Below, piece by piece: positions 1 through 10,029 of a stretch of 64,000 bases of DNA (position 1 is its first letter; each line of letters begins with the position of its first letter). The position numbers and the translations under genes were made by a program. The notes under the pieces were generated by a model, which made no database searches, was not told the DNA's origin, and was given only the letters and a program-made list of their open reading frames with translations. This DNA comes from Vulcanimicrobiota bacterium (GTDB lineage: Bacteria > Vulcanimicrobiota > Vulcanimicrobiia > Vulcanimicrobiales > Vulcanimicrobiaceae): contig CAWGBN010000009.1 of the NCBI GenBank assembly GCA_963820825.1, positions 224,001 to 288,000 on the forward strand, in the 5' to 3' direction.

Positions 1-266
1 GGCAGGGCGTGACCAACGTTCAGCGTTCCGGGTATGCGCTCGTCGGGAACGAAGCGCAGAAACTTATAGAGCGACGTCGTCGTCGCAAACGAGCCGATCC
101 CGAGTGTGTCGAAGAAGTTCGTTACAAAGCCTATCGCCGTCGCGATCGCGCCGCTTTTCGGCGTGAGCGGGAGCGGATGATATCGGGGTACCGCGCGCGC
201 GAGGGCGACGATCAGCATCAATGCGACGATCGCCAAACCGACGAACAGGATCGTGTGAACCGTCAT
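1..266 (-). CDS. TauE/SafE-family (sulfite exporter-like) membrane protein, N-terminal part, frameshifted, runs off window edge
   Basis: Manual translation: ATG at 266 gives hydrophobic MTVHTILFVGLAIVALMLIVALARG. Shifted frames continue AIGFVTNFFDTLGIGSFATTTSLYKF / LRFVPDERIP / TLNVGHALP, a recognisable family motif. About 3 single-base indels. Confidence 0.65.
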   Translation of the reverse strand, partial: MTVHTILFVGLAIVALMLIVALARAVPRYHPLPLTPKSGAIATAIGFVTNFFDTLGIGSFATTTSLYKFLRFVPDERIPGTLNVGHAL

Positions 267-335
267 TTTGGGAGACGGTACGCCCACAACGTGCCGCGGC
301 CTGCTACGAAGCGCATATCGGCCTCGAGCCGCCGG

Positions 336-3300
336 CTACGACGCGGCGAGCTCGCGCGTCGCAGCGGCGTTGAAGTACGCCGCCTGCGGATGGTGCATGA
401 CGATCGCCGCGGTCGATTGTTCGGGGACGATTTGGAAGCCCTCGGTCAGCGTCACGCCGATTGCCGCGGTTGCGTCGAGCAGACGGAAGACGACCGCGTG
501 CTGTTCGAGATCCGGACAGGCGCCGTATCCCCACGAATAGCGCTTACCGCGCGCCGCGTCGAGTCCGAGCTCGCGACGGATCCGGCGGTGCGTATACTCG
601 GCGAGCGCCTCGGCGGCTTGCACCGAGAAACCGTGCAGGAAGTAGGATTCGCTATACTCACCCGCCGCTTGCAGCGCCTCGATGCGCTGCGTCGCCTTCG
701 ACCCGACGGTGACGATCTGCAGCGCGACGACGTCGCTGCCCGCACCCTCGCTTGGGTCGCGCAGATAATCGGCGAGACTCAGGTGTTCGCCGCCGGCCTG
801 CCGCGGAAACGTTAGACGCGCGATCTCGGTGCGCGCGTCGCCGGGGTCGTAGAGGATGACGTCGTCGCCGGCTCCCGCAGCGGGGAAGTAGCCGTAGACC
901 ACGCGCGGTTCCAAGACGTTTCCGCCGAGCGCTTCATCTTGATAGCGGCGCAGCCGCGGATCGAACTCCTCCGCGACGAGCCGGTCGAAGGCGCTCCCCT
1001 TGGTATTCGATCCGCCCCACGAAAGCCGATAGAGACTGCGCAGGTCGAAGCACGGCCACAACTCGCGTAAATCGATCCTTCGCGCTTCGACTTCGCTCGG
1101 CGTGAGACTGGTTCGGTCACCGCCAAGGACACGAGCGCCCCAGAAAGGCGGCACAGGCACGTCGGCGCGGTGCTCCTTGATCGCGGAGCGTACCGCCGTC
1201 GCGACGCGTACCGGCGCCTCGCGCCGCCGCTGCAGCTGCTCGAACGCCTCGCGTTTGGTGCGCTCGACGAGCTGCTCGCGCCGCTGCGGATCGCTCGTCA
1301 ACGCATCGATCAGCTCGAGTCCTTCGAAAGCGTCGCGCGCGTAGAACAATCCCGGTTCGAAGAAGCGGCTTCCGTTCTCGAGCAGAGCGATTCGCCGGCC
1401 GAAGTCGCGGTTGATCGCTGCACCGCCGACGATCACCGGAAAGCGCAGACCGCGGGCATCTTGCTCTTCGAGACAGATCGGCATCTGCTTGCTCGTCGAG
1501 ACGAGCAGCGCGGAGAGGCCGATCGCGTCGGCGCGCACTTCGACCGCCTTCTCCAAGATCGTGTTGACCGGAACTTGCTTACCGAGGTCGTGGACCGTGT
1601 AACCGTTGTTCGCAAGGATCGTATGCACGAGATTCTTGCCGATGTCGTGTACGTCGCCGAAGACCGTTGCGAGCACGACGGTGCCTTTCGTCGCTCCCTC
1701 GCGCCGCTCGAGAAACTGCTCGAGGTGCGCGACCGCCTTCTTCATCACTTCGGCGCATTGCAGCACGAAGGGCAGAATCAGCTCGCCGCGCCCGAACCGG
1801 TCGCCGACGTCTTTCATCGCCGGCAGGAGGATCTCGTTGAGCACCTCGACCGCCGTGTAGCGTTGTAAGGCCTCGTCGATCTTCGTCTCGATTCCATCCT
1901 TGCGCCGATGAAGAATCGCGCGGTGGATCCGCTCCTCGATCGTACCCTTCGACTCGTCGCTGCGCTCCTCGCTCAGGACTGCGCTTCCAGCGGGCCCCTC
2001 TGCCTCGAAATGCTCGATGAGCCGCGTCAGCGCGTCGGGGCGGCGGTTGAAGACGAGATCGTCGCAGAGCTCGCGGATCGCAGCGTCGATCTCGAAGTAC
2101 GGGACGATCTCTTTGGGGTGAACCAGCGCGCAGTCGAGACCGGCTTCCACGCAATGGTGCAGGAAGACCGAGTTCAGCGCCGCGCGAGCGTTGGGTTTTA
2201 GGCCGAACGAAACGTTGGAGATTCCCAGCGACGTGAGCACGCCGGGCAACTCGCGCTTGATCCGGCGAATTCCCTCGATCGTCTCGAGGGCCGACGCGGC
2301 AAACTCGGCCTCGCCGGTCGCCAGCGTGAACGTCAGCGCATCGAAGATCAGCGCACCAGGGGGCAGGCCATACTCGCCGGTCACGATATCGAAGATGCGC
2401 CGCGCGACCTCGGCCTTATGCGATGCGCTCTTCGCCATGCCGCTCTCGTCGATCGTCAGCGCCACGACGGCGGCGCCGTGCTCGCGGGCGATGGGCAGCA
2501 CGGCATCGATCTTCGCTCGCCCCGATTCGAGGTGAACCGAGTTGAGAATCGCACGTCCCGGATAGTTCTGCAACGCGAGCTCGAGCACTTTGGGTTCGGT
2601 CGAGTCGATCGCCAGCGGAGCTTCAATCGATTGAGCGAGGCGCCGCACGACCTCGCGCATCTGATGGTCTTCGTCGGGACGCTCGGTCAGCGCGCAGCAG
2701 ACGTCGAGCACGTGCGCACCGCCCTCCACCTGTTCGCGGGCGACGAGTACGATGTCGTCGTAGCGCTCCTCGAGCAAGAGGCGCTTGATCTTTCGCGATC
2801 CCTGCGCGTTGATGCGCTCGCCGACGATCAGCGGCGCCGGCTGCTGCTCGAGGGCGACGGCCGTAATCGCGGAGGCGACCTCTTCACCGCGTTGCCCCGG
2901 CGCGCGCCGGGGCTTGCGCGCGACCGCATCGATTGCGGCACGCAGCGCCGCGACGTGCGCGGGCGTCGTACCGCAACATCCGCCGACGACGTCGACACCG
3001 AAGTCGCGCACGAATGCGACGAGCTCCCGGGCGAGCTCTTCGGGCCCCTCCGGATAGATGGTCTCACCCTGCGGCCCCATCAAGGGGAGGCCTGCGTTGG
3101 GAATGACGCTGACGAATGCGCGCGAGCGCTCGCAGAGATATCGAATCGAGTCGCGCATCTGTGCCGGACCCGTCGAGCAGTTCAGCCCGACGACGTCGAC
3201 CTCGAGCGCATCGAGCACCGCGCAGATCGCGCGAATATCGGTGCCGAGCAGCATGCGCCCCTCGGTGATCAGCGTCGGCTGCGCCTGAATCGGTACCCGG

Positions 3301-3863
3301 CGCAGGCCGCGCGCGAATTCGCTGCGGATTCCGGCGATTGCCGCTTTGAGTTCGAGCAGATCCTGCATCGTCTCGAGGATGAGCAGATCGACGCCGCCGT
3401 CGACGAGCGCGCGCGCCTGCTCGGCGTAGACGTCGCGCAGCTGCACGTAGCTGACGTTGGAGAGCATCGGGTCGGAGGACGAGACCAGCATGCCGGTCGG
3501 TCCCATCGAGCCGGCGACGAAGCGCGGATGCTCGGGCGTCGAGAACGTGTCGCAGGCCGCACGCGCGATCTCCGCCGCGCGCAGATTGATTTCGCGGGTA
3601 CGCTCGCCGAGTCCGTACTCGTCGAGCTTGATCCTCGATCCGGTGAATGTGTCGGTCTCGACGACGTCGGCGCCGGCGGCGAGATACGATTCGTGGATCG
3701 CGCGAACGATTGCGGGGCGCGTAAGCACGAGCCCTTCGTTGCACCCGTTGTAGGCGGCCCCGCCGAAATCGTCGGCAGAGAGCTCCAGCGCCATGAGTTG
3801 CGTGCCCATGGCGCCGTCAAAGAGCACGACCCGCTCCTCGAGGCGACGCAGATACTCAGGCAT
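336..3863 (-). CDS. metH: Cobalamin-dependent methionine synthase
   Basis: DGAMGT, GLNCSTGP and GGCCGT (Hcy/Zn domain); IVGERIN pterin-binding domain; GDVHDIGKN B12 motif; RYSWGYGACPDL. ATG 3863 overlaps the upstream stop. Confidence 0.97.
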   Translation of the reverse strand: MPEYLRRLEERVVLFDGAMGTQLMALELSADDFGGAAYNGCNEGLVLTRPAIVRAIHESYLAAGADVVETDTFTGSRIKLDEYGLGERTREINLRAAEIARAACDTFSTPEHPRFVAGSMGPTGMLVSSSDPMLSNVSYVQLRDVYAEQARALVDGGVDLLILETMQDLLELKAAIAGIRSEFARGLRRVPIQAQPTLITEGRMLLGTDIRAICAVLDALEVDVVGLNCSTGPAQMRDSIRYLCERSRAFVSVIPNAGLPLMGPQGETIYPEGPEELARELVAFVRDFGVDVVGGCCGTTPAHVAALRAAIDAVARKPRRAPGQRGEEVASAITAVALEQQPAPLIVGERINAQGSRKIKRLLLEERYDDIVLVAREQVEGGAHVLDVCCALTERPDEDHQMREVVRRLAQSIEAPLAIDSTEPKVLELALQNYPGRAILNSVHLESGRAKIDAVLPIAREHGAAVVALTIDESGMAKSASHKAEVARRIFDIVTGEYGLPPGALIFDALTFTLATGEAEFAASALETIEGIRRIKRELPGVLTSLGISNVSFGLKPNARAALNSVFLHHCVEAGLDCALVHPKEIVPYFEIDAAIRELCDDLVFNRRPDALTRLIEHFEAEGPAGSAVLSEERSDESKGTIEERIHRAILHRRKDGIETKIDEALQRYTAVEVLNEILLPAMKDVGDRFGRGELILPFVLQCAEVMKKAVAHLEQFLERREGATKGTVVLATVFGDVHDIGKNLVHTILANNGYTVHDLGKQVPVNTILEKAVEVRADAIGLSALLVSTSKQMPICLEEQDARGLRFPVIVGGAAINRDFGRRIALLENGSRFFEPGLFYARDAFEGLELIDALTSDPQRREQLVERTKREAFEQLQRRREAPVRVATAVRSAIKEHRADVPVPPFWGARVLGGDRTSLTPSEVEARRIDLRELWPCFDLRSLYRLSWGGSNTKGSAFDRLVAEEFDPRLRRYQDEALGGNVLEPRVVYGYFPAAGAGDDVILYDPGDARTEIARLTFPRQAGGEHLSLADYLRDPSEGAGSDVVALQIVTVGSKATQRIEALQAAGEYSESYFLHGFSVQAAEALAEYTHRRIRRELGLDAARGKRYSWGYGACPDLEQHAVVFRLLDATAAIGVTLTEGFQIVPEQSTAAIVMHHPQAAYFNAAATRELAAS
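1074..1108 (-). repeat. REP-like repeat copy inside metH
   Basis: Minus strand GTCTCACGCCGAGCGAAGTCGAAGCGCGAAGGATC resembles intergenic copies at 4864, 9114 and 58491. Confidence 0.55.
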
Positions 3864-4869
3864 TCTCAGGGACAATCGCTCGAACTTCTCCTACCACGTC
3901 TCCGGCCCGATTATACACTGCGGGGTGCGCAAACCGCTCGAGCTGAGCGATCTGCCGCTCGTCGAGAACCCCGATCCGCTGCAGTACGGCAAGCGTCGAC
4001 GGTCCGCGGGCGCGCGAACCGCCGTCGATCACTTTCGAGACGTATCCGTACTCTCGCGCGATCGCAGCGACTGCGTGAACTCCCTCCGCACCCGCCTTTG
4101 CGGCGATCGTGCCGCGCCCTGCGAGCATCAGCTCGGTGTCGAACTGGTTGGTTCCGGCGACGTACTCGGGATGAGCGACCATTGCGTCGCGCACGATGCG
4201 CAGCGCCTCCGCATCGCGATCGCCGACTCCGTGCAGCGACGCAAATCGTGCAAACGATCGGGCCGCCCGGCGCAGGCTGGTCGCGTAGACGGGGATGCCG
4301 CAGCCGTCGACCGCAATCGGCCAGACCGCCGGATCGTCGTCGGAGAGGCGCGCGCAAAACTCCAAAATCCGTCGTTGTGCCGGGTTGCGCGCTTCTAAAT
4401 AGGTGCCGGGATCGGCACCGATGATCTTGCAGAGGGCGAGAATGCCGGCGTGTTTTCCCGAACAGTTGTTATGCAGCGCGGTCGGCCGTTGCCCGGAACG
4501 CAGAAGTTCGCTCGCCGCGGCTTCGCCGTACGGCAGATGCACGCCGCATTGGAGCGCCGATTCATCCATGCCGATCTTCTCCAGTATCGAACCCACCGCG
4601 CGAACGTGCATCGGCTCGCCGAAGTGAGAGGCCGCCATGACCGCAATCTCCCGCTCGTCGAGACCGAACGCGTCGCGCGCGCCGGCTTCGATTACGGCGG
4701 CGGCGATGAACGGCTTTGCCGCCGAGCGCAGGTAGACCGGCACGTCGACGTCACCGGCGGCATACACGGTTCGATCCGCCGCATCGACCGCGCAGGCGGC
4801 GACGCGATGGACCGACTCGACGAGGTCCCCTCGCATTACCTCAACTAAGATGGCGCGGCCTGTTGTCAC
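3856..4869 (-). CDS. L-asparaginase II (Rhizobium AnsA-type)
   Basis: RGDLVESVH, RSAAKPF, SHFGEPMH, NNCSGKH, DGCG and AKAGAEG motifs. Confidence 0.9.
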   Translation of the reverse strand: MTTGRAILVEVMRGDLVESVHRVAACAVDAADRTVYAAGDVDVPVYLRSAAKPFIAAAVIEAGARDAFGLDEREIAVMAASHFGEPMHVRAVGSILEKIGMDESALQCGVHLPYGEAAASELLRSGQRPTALHNNCSGKHAGILALCKIIGADPGTYLEARNPAQRRILEFCARLSDDDPAVWPIAVDGCGIPVYATSLRRAARSFARFASLHGVGDRDAEALRIVRDAMVAHPEYVAGTNQFDTELMLAGRGTIAAKAGAEGVHAVAAIAREYGYVSKVIDGGSRARGPSTLAVLQRIGVLDERQIAQLERFAHPAVYNRAGDVVGEVRAIVPENA

Positions 4870-4888
4870 CCTGAGCCTGTCGAAGGGT
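4864..4888 (+). repeat. REP-like repeat between cysK and asparaginase
   Basis: TGTCACCCTGAGCCTGTCGAAGGGT; includes the putative GTG start of the asparaginase on the minus strand. Confidence 0.6.
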
Positions 4889-5850
4889 CAAACCAGCGCT
4901 GGTTCGACGATCGTCGCCTCTTGTTCGGCGAAGACGGGATTGCTCAGATAACGCTCGCCGGTGTCGCAGCCGATCGTGACGACACTCTTCCCACGCATTG
5001 CGGGGCGCGCCGCAACGGTGAGTGCGGCCCAGACGTTGGCGCCGGTCGAGATGCCGACGAGCATACCCTCCTCGCGTGCCAACCGGCGCGTGGTCGCGAT
5101 TGCATCGGCATCGGTAACGCGAATCACTTCGTCGTAGATCTGCGTGTTGAGCACTTTTGGTACGAACCCCGCGCCGGTGCCTTGAATCTTATGCGGACCG
5201 GGCTTGCCGCCGGAGAGGACGGGCGAGGCGTCGGGTTCGACGGCAACGATCGTCACGCCGGCCTTACGCGCCTTGAGCACCTCACCGACGCCGGTCATGG
5301 TTCCGCCGGTGCCGATCGCCGAAACGACGACGTCGACCGCGCCGTCGGTATCGCGCCAAATCTCCTCGGCGGTCGTACGGCGATGAATCTCCGGATTCGC
5401 CGGATTTTCAAACTGCTGCGGCATGAAAAACTTCTCGGCGCCGCCGGCGAGGATCTCATTCGCGCGGCGAAGCGCGCCCGGCATCCCCTCGGCGCCCGGC
5501 GTGAGCACGACTTGCGCTCCGTACGCCTTGAGCAGATTCCGCCGCTCGATGGTCATCGTCTCCGGCATCACCAGAATGAGCGGATATCCCTTCGCCGCGG
5601 CGACGAAAGCCAGCGCGATGCCGGTATTCCCGCTCGTCGCCTCGAGGATCGTCATGCCCGGACGGAGGCGGCCGTCGCGTTCGGCCGCTTCGATCATCGC
5701 GACGCCGATCCGATCCTTCACCGAGCCGGCCGGGTTGAACGACTCCATCTTCACCAATACGGTTGCGGGAAGATCGCGCGCCATTCGGGGGAGTTTCACC
5801 AGCGGCGTATTGCCGAACGTGTCGGCGAGATTCTCATAGATTCGTGCCAT
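4888..5850 (-). CDS. cysK: Cysteine synthase A
   Basis: NPAGSVKDR (PLP lysine), [25 protein letters not shown]. Confidence 0.96.
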   Translation of the reverse strand: MARIYENLADTFGNTPLVKLPRMARDLPATVLVKMESFNPAGSVKDRIGVAMIEAAERDGRLRPGMTILEATSGNTGIALAFVAAAKGYPLILVMPETMTIERRNLLKAYGAQVVLTPGAEGMPGALRRANEILAGGAEKFFMPQQFENPANPEIHRRTTAEEIWRDTDGAVDVVVSAIGTGGTMTGVGEVLKARKAGVTIVAVEPDASPVLSGGKPGPHKIQGTGAGFVPKVLNTQIYDEVIRVTDADAIATTRRLAREEGMLVGISTGANVWAALTVAARPAMRGKSVVTIGCDTGERYLSNPVFAEQEATIVEPALV

Positions 5851-5907
5851 AGTACTCGGACTTAACCCTCACTAGGAGTCGGCCGTTGCAACTGAGTATC
5901 AGCGGCC

Positions 5908-7650
5908 ATGCGGTTACCCTCCTTCGCCACACGAGCGGCGCTCGTTGCAATCCTCATCTCGTGGACGCTCCCACCGGCTCCCGCACCGGCGGCCGGCGAG
6001 CCGACCATGGAGGCCGCACTCGACGCCATCGCGGCTTTCGCACCCGAAGCGATGCGCCGCCAGGGCACGCCGGGACTCTCCGTCGCCGTAACCGACCGCA
6101 CGCGGACGCTGCGCGTTATTACGCTCGGCTACGCGAATCGCGACGCGAGCCAGCCGGTCACGCCGCAGACGCGGTTCGCGATCGGATCGATCACCAAGTC
6201 GATGACGGCGCTCGCGCTGCTGCAGCTTCACGATGCCGGGCGCGTCGATTTGAACGCGCCGGTGCCCCGATATCTTCCGTGGTTCGCGATCGACAGCGGT
6301 GGAAAGCCGATCCTCATTCACGAGCTGCTCTCGCATACCGCCGGCATCCCCGACGATTTTGCGGCGGAGGCCGGATACCGGTACGACATCCTCGCGCTGC
6401 GTCGCGCCAAGACGCTCTTCGCGCCGGGAACGGCGTGGTCGTATTCGAATGACGGCTATGCGACCGCCGGAGCGATTCTGGCGCGGCTCGACGCACGCTC
6501 TTGGCCGGCATCCGTTACGGCGCGCGTCTTCGAGCCGCTCGGCATGACGAACAGCTCTGCAGTCTTCACGCCCGCGGCGATGAGCGGCGCGGCGATCGGC
6601 TACCAGTTCCGCGATAACGACCGCCCCGCACCGCAGAATCCGGCACTCGTTGCATCGCCGCCTCTCGACTTCGTCGATCCAGCCGGTTCGGTGCTCTCGA
6701 CGCCCGAGGACATGGCGCAATACATGCGCTTTTACCTCAACGGCGGACGCACGGCGAACGGAGACCAGCTCATTGCGCCGGCAACCTTTGCGGCGATGAC
6801 GCACTCGGACCGCCTGATCGATGGAAAGCCCGCCGGCTCGCCCGGCGCCGAACTCGCCGAGTGGCCGGAATTCTACCGCGGCTATGGATTCGGCCTATCG
6901 ACGTTCGATGACGGCGGCGATCATCTCGTCGGCCACACCGGGGGAATCTCCGGATACACCGCCTGCATGCAGATGAACCTCTCGCGCGGCTTCGGCGTGA
7001 TCGCGTTTGCCAATCTCGTCGAGGCGCCGCTCCACCCGTGCGCGATAGTGCGCTACGCGATGCAGGTGCTGCACGCGCAGAACCTCGGTGAAGCGCTTCC
7101 GGCGCCCCCGGCGCCGGACGACCCGATGCACGTCGCCCACGCGAACGAGTACGACGGCACGTATACGTCGGCCGACGGTACGTCGCTGCGCGTCGTGAGC
7201 CAAAACGATCGCGTGCAGCTTCTCGACGGTTCCAAGACGATCGCCCTCTATCCGCGCGGACCCGATCTCTTCTGGGCCGACGATCCGAAGTACGCGCTCT
7301 TTGCCCTCGCCTTCGGACGCGATCGCAACCGGTCGGTCGTCGAGATGACCTTCGGCTCGCTGTGGTATCCGAACGAGCGCTATCGCGGCCCACGCACGTT
7401 CTCGCATCCCGCGTCGTGGGACGCGCTCGCCGGACGCTACGAGAACACGTTCTTCGGGGAGCCGGCGGTCACGCGCGTTCTTATCGTAAAGAATCACCTG
7501 ACCTTCGACGGAACCGACGAGCTTAAACCGTTGGCCGACGGCAGCTTCGCGCTCGGGAGCTCCGTCGTTCGCTTCGATTCGTACGCCGGCAGCGAGCCGC
7601 AGCGCGTCTGGCTCGACGCGACGCCGCTCTACCGCGTCGAGCTGCCCTAA
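5908..7650 (+). CDS. Secreted serine hydrolase, beta-lactamase class C/AmpC-like family
   Basis: Signal peptide; GSITKS (SxxK), LLSHTAG, YSN, GHTGG. Confidence 0.88.
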   Translation: MRLPSFATRAALVAILISWTLPPAPAPAAGEPTMEAALDAIAAFAPEAMRRQGTPGLSVAVTDRTRTLRVITLGYANRDASQPVTPQTRFAIGSITKSMTALALLQLHDAGRVDLNAPVPRYLPWFAIDSGGKPILIHELLSHTAGIPDDFAAEAGYRYDILALRRAKTLFAPGTAWSYSNDGYATAGAILARLDARSWPASVTARVFEPLGMTNSSAVFTPAAMSGAAIGYQFRDNDRPAPQNPALVASPPLDFVDPAGSVLSTPEDMAQYMRFYLNGGRTANGDQLIAPATFAAMTHSDRLIDGKPAGSPGAELAEWPEFYRGYGFGLSTFDDGGDHLVGHTGGISGYTACMQMNLSRGFGVIAFANLVEAPLHPCAIVRYAMQVLHAQNLGEALPAPPAPDDPMHVAHANEYDGTYTSADGTSLRVVSQNDRVQLLDGSKTIALYPRGPDLFWADDPKYALFALAFGRDRNRSVVEMTFGSLWYPNERYRGPRTFSHPASWDALAGRYENTFFGEPAVTRVLIVKNHLTFDGTDELKPLADGSFALGSSVVRFDSYAGSEPQRVWLDATPLYRVELP

Positions 7651-7661
7651 CCGGTGTCATC

Positions 7662-7937
7662 CTAACTACCGACGTCCCAGAGCAATCCGAGATCTTTCTT
7701 CGAGAAGGACCGGAAGGCGATCAGCGTCTCGGTGCCGAGGATCCCTTCGAGCGCCGCGACGCGGTCGGTTACCAGATCGTTGAGCTCCTCGTGCTGCCGG
7801 ACGCGTGCGACCGCGATGAGATCGTAGGGACCGGCGACCGAATAGACTTCGGCGATGCCGTCGATGGCGAGCAGATCGTCGGCAATCGAACGCAGGCGCG
7901 GGCGCTCGACAGTCATGAGAATGAATGCAGTGACCAT
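7662..7937 (-). CDS. Lrp/AsnC ligand-binding (RAM) domain protein
   Basis: MVTAFILM...EVYSVAGPYDLIA...TETLIAF; stand-alone domain with no HTH. Confidence 0.85.
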   Translation of the reverse strand: MVTAFILMTVERPRLRSIADDLLAIDGIAEVYSVAGPYDLIAVARVRQHEELNDLVTDRVAALEGILGTETLIAFRSFSKKDLGLLWDVGS

Positions 7938-7938
7938 G

Positions 7939-8100
7939 CTATGCGATCCCGGCCGGTGCGGCGAGCGCACCGTTGCAGTTCGGGCAGCGCCCGTTCATCT
8001 CGTCAGCACAGACCTCGCAGAACGTGCATTCGTACGAGCAGATTCGCGCATCGGTGCGATTCGGCAACGGCCGGGCGCACCGTTCGCAGGAGCTTTTCAT
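7939..8100 (-). CDS. DUF1272-like small Cys-rich protein (53 aa, below ORF-track cutoff)
   Basis: Manual translation MKSSCERCARPLPNRTDARICSYECTFCEVCADEMNGRCPNCNGALAAPAGIA; the ICSYECTFC...CPNC signature. Confidence 0.8.
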   Translation of the reverse strand: MKSSCERCARPLPNRTDARICSYECTFCEVCADEMNGRCPNCNGALAAPAGIA

Positions 8101-8160
8101 TCAGAAGCCTATATGCCGCCAATCGCAGCGGCACCTGGCGCGTTTGAGAGGAGCGAGTGC

Positions 8161-9102
8161 ATGCAAGCCGTCGTCGTCGAGCATCGCGGAGAAGCCGGAT
8201 CGTTACGAGAGATCGCCGCGCCCGAGCCGGGACCGCACGAAATTCTCGTTCGCGTCACGGCGGCCGGAGTCAATCCGATCGATTGGAAGCTGCGCGACCG
8301 CGACGACCGCCGTTTTCCATTCGTTCTGGGACAGGATTTCGCCGGCGTCGTGAGCGCGACGGGCGGCCGGGTTACGAAGTACCGAGAGGGCGAGCGCATA
8401 TTCGGAATCGCCCGCGACCATGGCGCTTACGCGCAGTACACGATCGTTCCGGAAAACGACCACGAGCAACCCGTCGCCAAAATTCCCGACGCCGTCGGCG
8501 ATGCCGATGCCGCAGCGCTGCCGACCGCCGGCTTGACGGCGCTGGCCGCACTCGAGGCGCTGCACGTCGCAAAGGGAACCACGCTGCTCGTTCTCGGTGC
8601 AACCGGCGGCGTCGGCGGCTTTGCCGTCCAGATCGCGCACGACCGCGAAGCGCGCGTCATCGGCACCGCCGGATCGGCAAACGAGGCTGCGGCGCGTTCG
8701 CTCGGCGTCGACGAGTTCGTCGCGTACGATCGTCAAGACGTTGCAGCGGCGGTGAAAACCGCACATTCGGAAGGCGTCGACGCCGTGCTCGATCTCGTCG
8801 ACGATGCGAAGGCGATCGAGGCGATGGCCGGCGTGATTCGTCCCGGCGGCAGCATCGTTTCCACAATCGGCGCGGCCGGCGTGGATTGGTTCACGCAGCG
8901 CAAGATCACCGCGCAGAATCTCGTCATGACTCAGACGCCGCAATCCTCGCACGCCGGGTTACGCACGCTGCTCGAGCTCGTCGAGCAGGGGCGAATGCGC
9001 GTGACCATCGCCGCAGAGCGTCCGCTCGCCGAGGCCGTCGACGCACTCGAACGGCTCAAGCGCGGATCCGTCACCGGCAAGATCGTGATCACGGTGGATT
9101 AA
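8161..9102 (+). CDS. NADP-dependent oxidoreductase (MDR/quinone oxidoreductase family)
   Basis: AAGVNPIDWK, LGQDFAG, GATGGVG, GKIVI; GAGGAG RBS before ATG 8161. Confidence 0.9.
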   Translation: MQAVVVEHRGEAGSLREIAAPEPGPHEILVRVTAAGVNPIDWKLRDRDDRRFPFVLGQDFAGVVSATGGRVTKYREGERIFGIARDHGAYAQYTIVPENDHEQPVAKIPDAVGDADAAALPTAGLTALAALEALHVAKGTTLLVLGATGGVGGFAVQIAHDREARVIGTAGSANEAAARSLGVDEFVAYDRQDVAAAVKTAHSEGVDAVLDLVDDAKAIEAMAGVIRPGGSIVSTIGAAGVDWFTQRKITAQNLVMTQTPQSSHAGLRTLLELVEQGRMRVTIAAERPLAEAVDALERLKRGSVTGKIVITVD

Positions 9103-9113
9103 TGGAAGAGCTA

Positions 9114-9138
9114 CTTCGCCGCTTCGCTCAGGATGAGA
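9114..9138 (-). repeat. REP-like repeat between convergent genes
   Basis: Minus strand TCTCATCCTGAGCGAAGCGGCGAAG. Confidence 0.6.
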
Positions 9139-9171
9139 ACTGTGGAGCCGCGCCGCTAGGACGCGCCGAAC

Positions 9172-10029
9172 CTACTTGTTCTTGAAGCGGGCGACGCGCT
9201 TTTCGTTGTAGGCCGCGAGCCCTTCTTTTGCATCCTCGCTCTTGAAGAGCAGCGACTGCAGTTCGCGTTCGAGCGCGAGCGCATCTTGCAACGGAAGCTC
9301 GGCGCCGGTCTGCACGCTGCGCTTGATGTGGCCGACGGCCATCGGAGCTTTGTTCGGCGAACAGAACTGCTTGGCGTAATCGAGGATCTGCTCGCGAAAC
9401 TCTTGCGCGCTGCCCTCGAAGAGATCGTTGAGCATGCCCCATTCGAGCGCCTGTTCGTAACTCACCGTCTTGCCGGTGGTCATCATCTCGATCGCGCGCG
9501 ACTTGCCGACGAGGCGTGCGAGGCGCTGCGTTCCGCCGGTACCCGGAAGCACGCCGAGCGCGACCTCGGGAAGGCCGATCTTTCCCGCGTCCTTGCGGGC
9601 GATGCGCAGATCGGCAGCCATTGCGATCTCCAAACCGCCGCCCACGCAGTGGCCGTTGAGAGCCGCGATCACCAGTTTCGGCGTCTGCTCGAGACGTTGC
9701 AGCGTCTCGTTGGCATGCAGACAGAACATGTACTTGAACTCGGGCGTTACCTGATTGAGCATGCCGATGTTGGCGCCGGCCGAGAAGAACTTCTCGCCCT
9801 TGCCGGTCAGCACGATCACTTCCACGTCGGAGTCGAAGCGCGCGTCCAAGATCGCTTCGTCGATCTGGCGCATCATCTCGTGCGTGTACGTATTTGCCGG
9901 CGGATCGTCCATCTCTACGAACGCGACGTGCCCGTCCTTCCAATAGTTGATGACGCGCTTGCCGTCGAACGGACGCGCCTCGCGTCCGAAGGGCGTCTGC
10001 TGGGCTGCTCTATCGACCGTCGTGCTCAT
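9172..10029 (-). CDS. Crotonase-family protein resembling one domain of BoxC (ring-cleaving dihydrolase)
   Basis: FSAGANIGML, FKYMFCLHANET, GGGLE, LPEVALGVLPGTGG; translationally coupled to the upstream diiron oxygenase. Confidence 0.8.
   Translation of the reverse strand: MSTTVDRAAQQTPFGREARPFDGKRVINYWKDGHVAFVEMDDPPANTYTHEMMRQIDEAILDARFDSDVEVIVLTGKGEKFFSAGANIGMLNQVTPEFKYMFCLHANETLQRLEQTPKLVIAALNGHCVGGGLEIAMAADLRIARKDAGKIGLPEVALGVLPGTGGTQRLARLVGKSRAIEMMTTGKTVSYEQALEWGMLNDLFEGSAQEFREQILDYAKQFCSPNKAPMAVGHIKRSVQTGAELPLQDALALERELQSLLFKSEDAKEGLAAYNEKRVARFKNK

Noticed and set aside
9..815. Long ORFs opposite real genes (9..815, 2418..4424, 14918..16504, 27705..29702, 30402..31892, 53521..54948 and similar)
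   Set aside because: Arg/Ala-rich shadow frames typical of high-GC DNA, with no motifs and fully overlapping well-supported CDSs.
3864..5907. Cobalamin or SAM riboswitch upstream of metH or cysK
   Set aside because: metH overlaps the upstream stop and the cysK leader region is only 57 bp; no recognisable motif.
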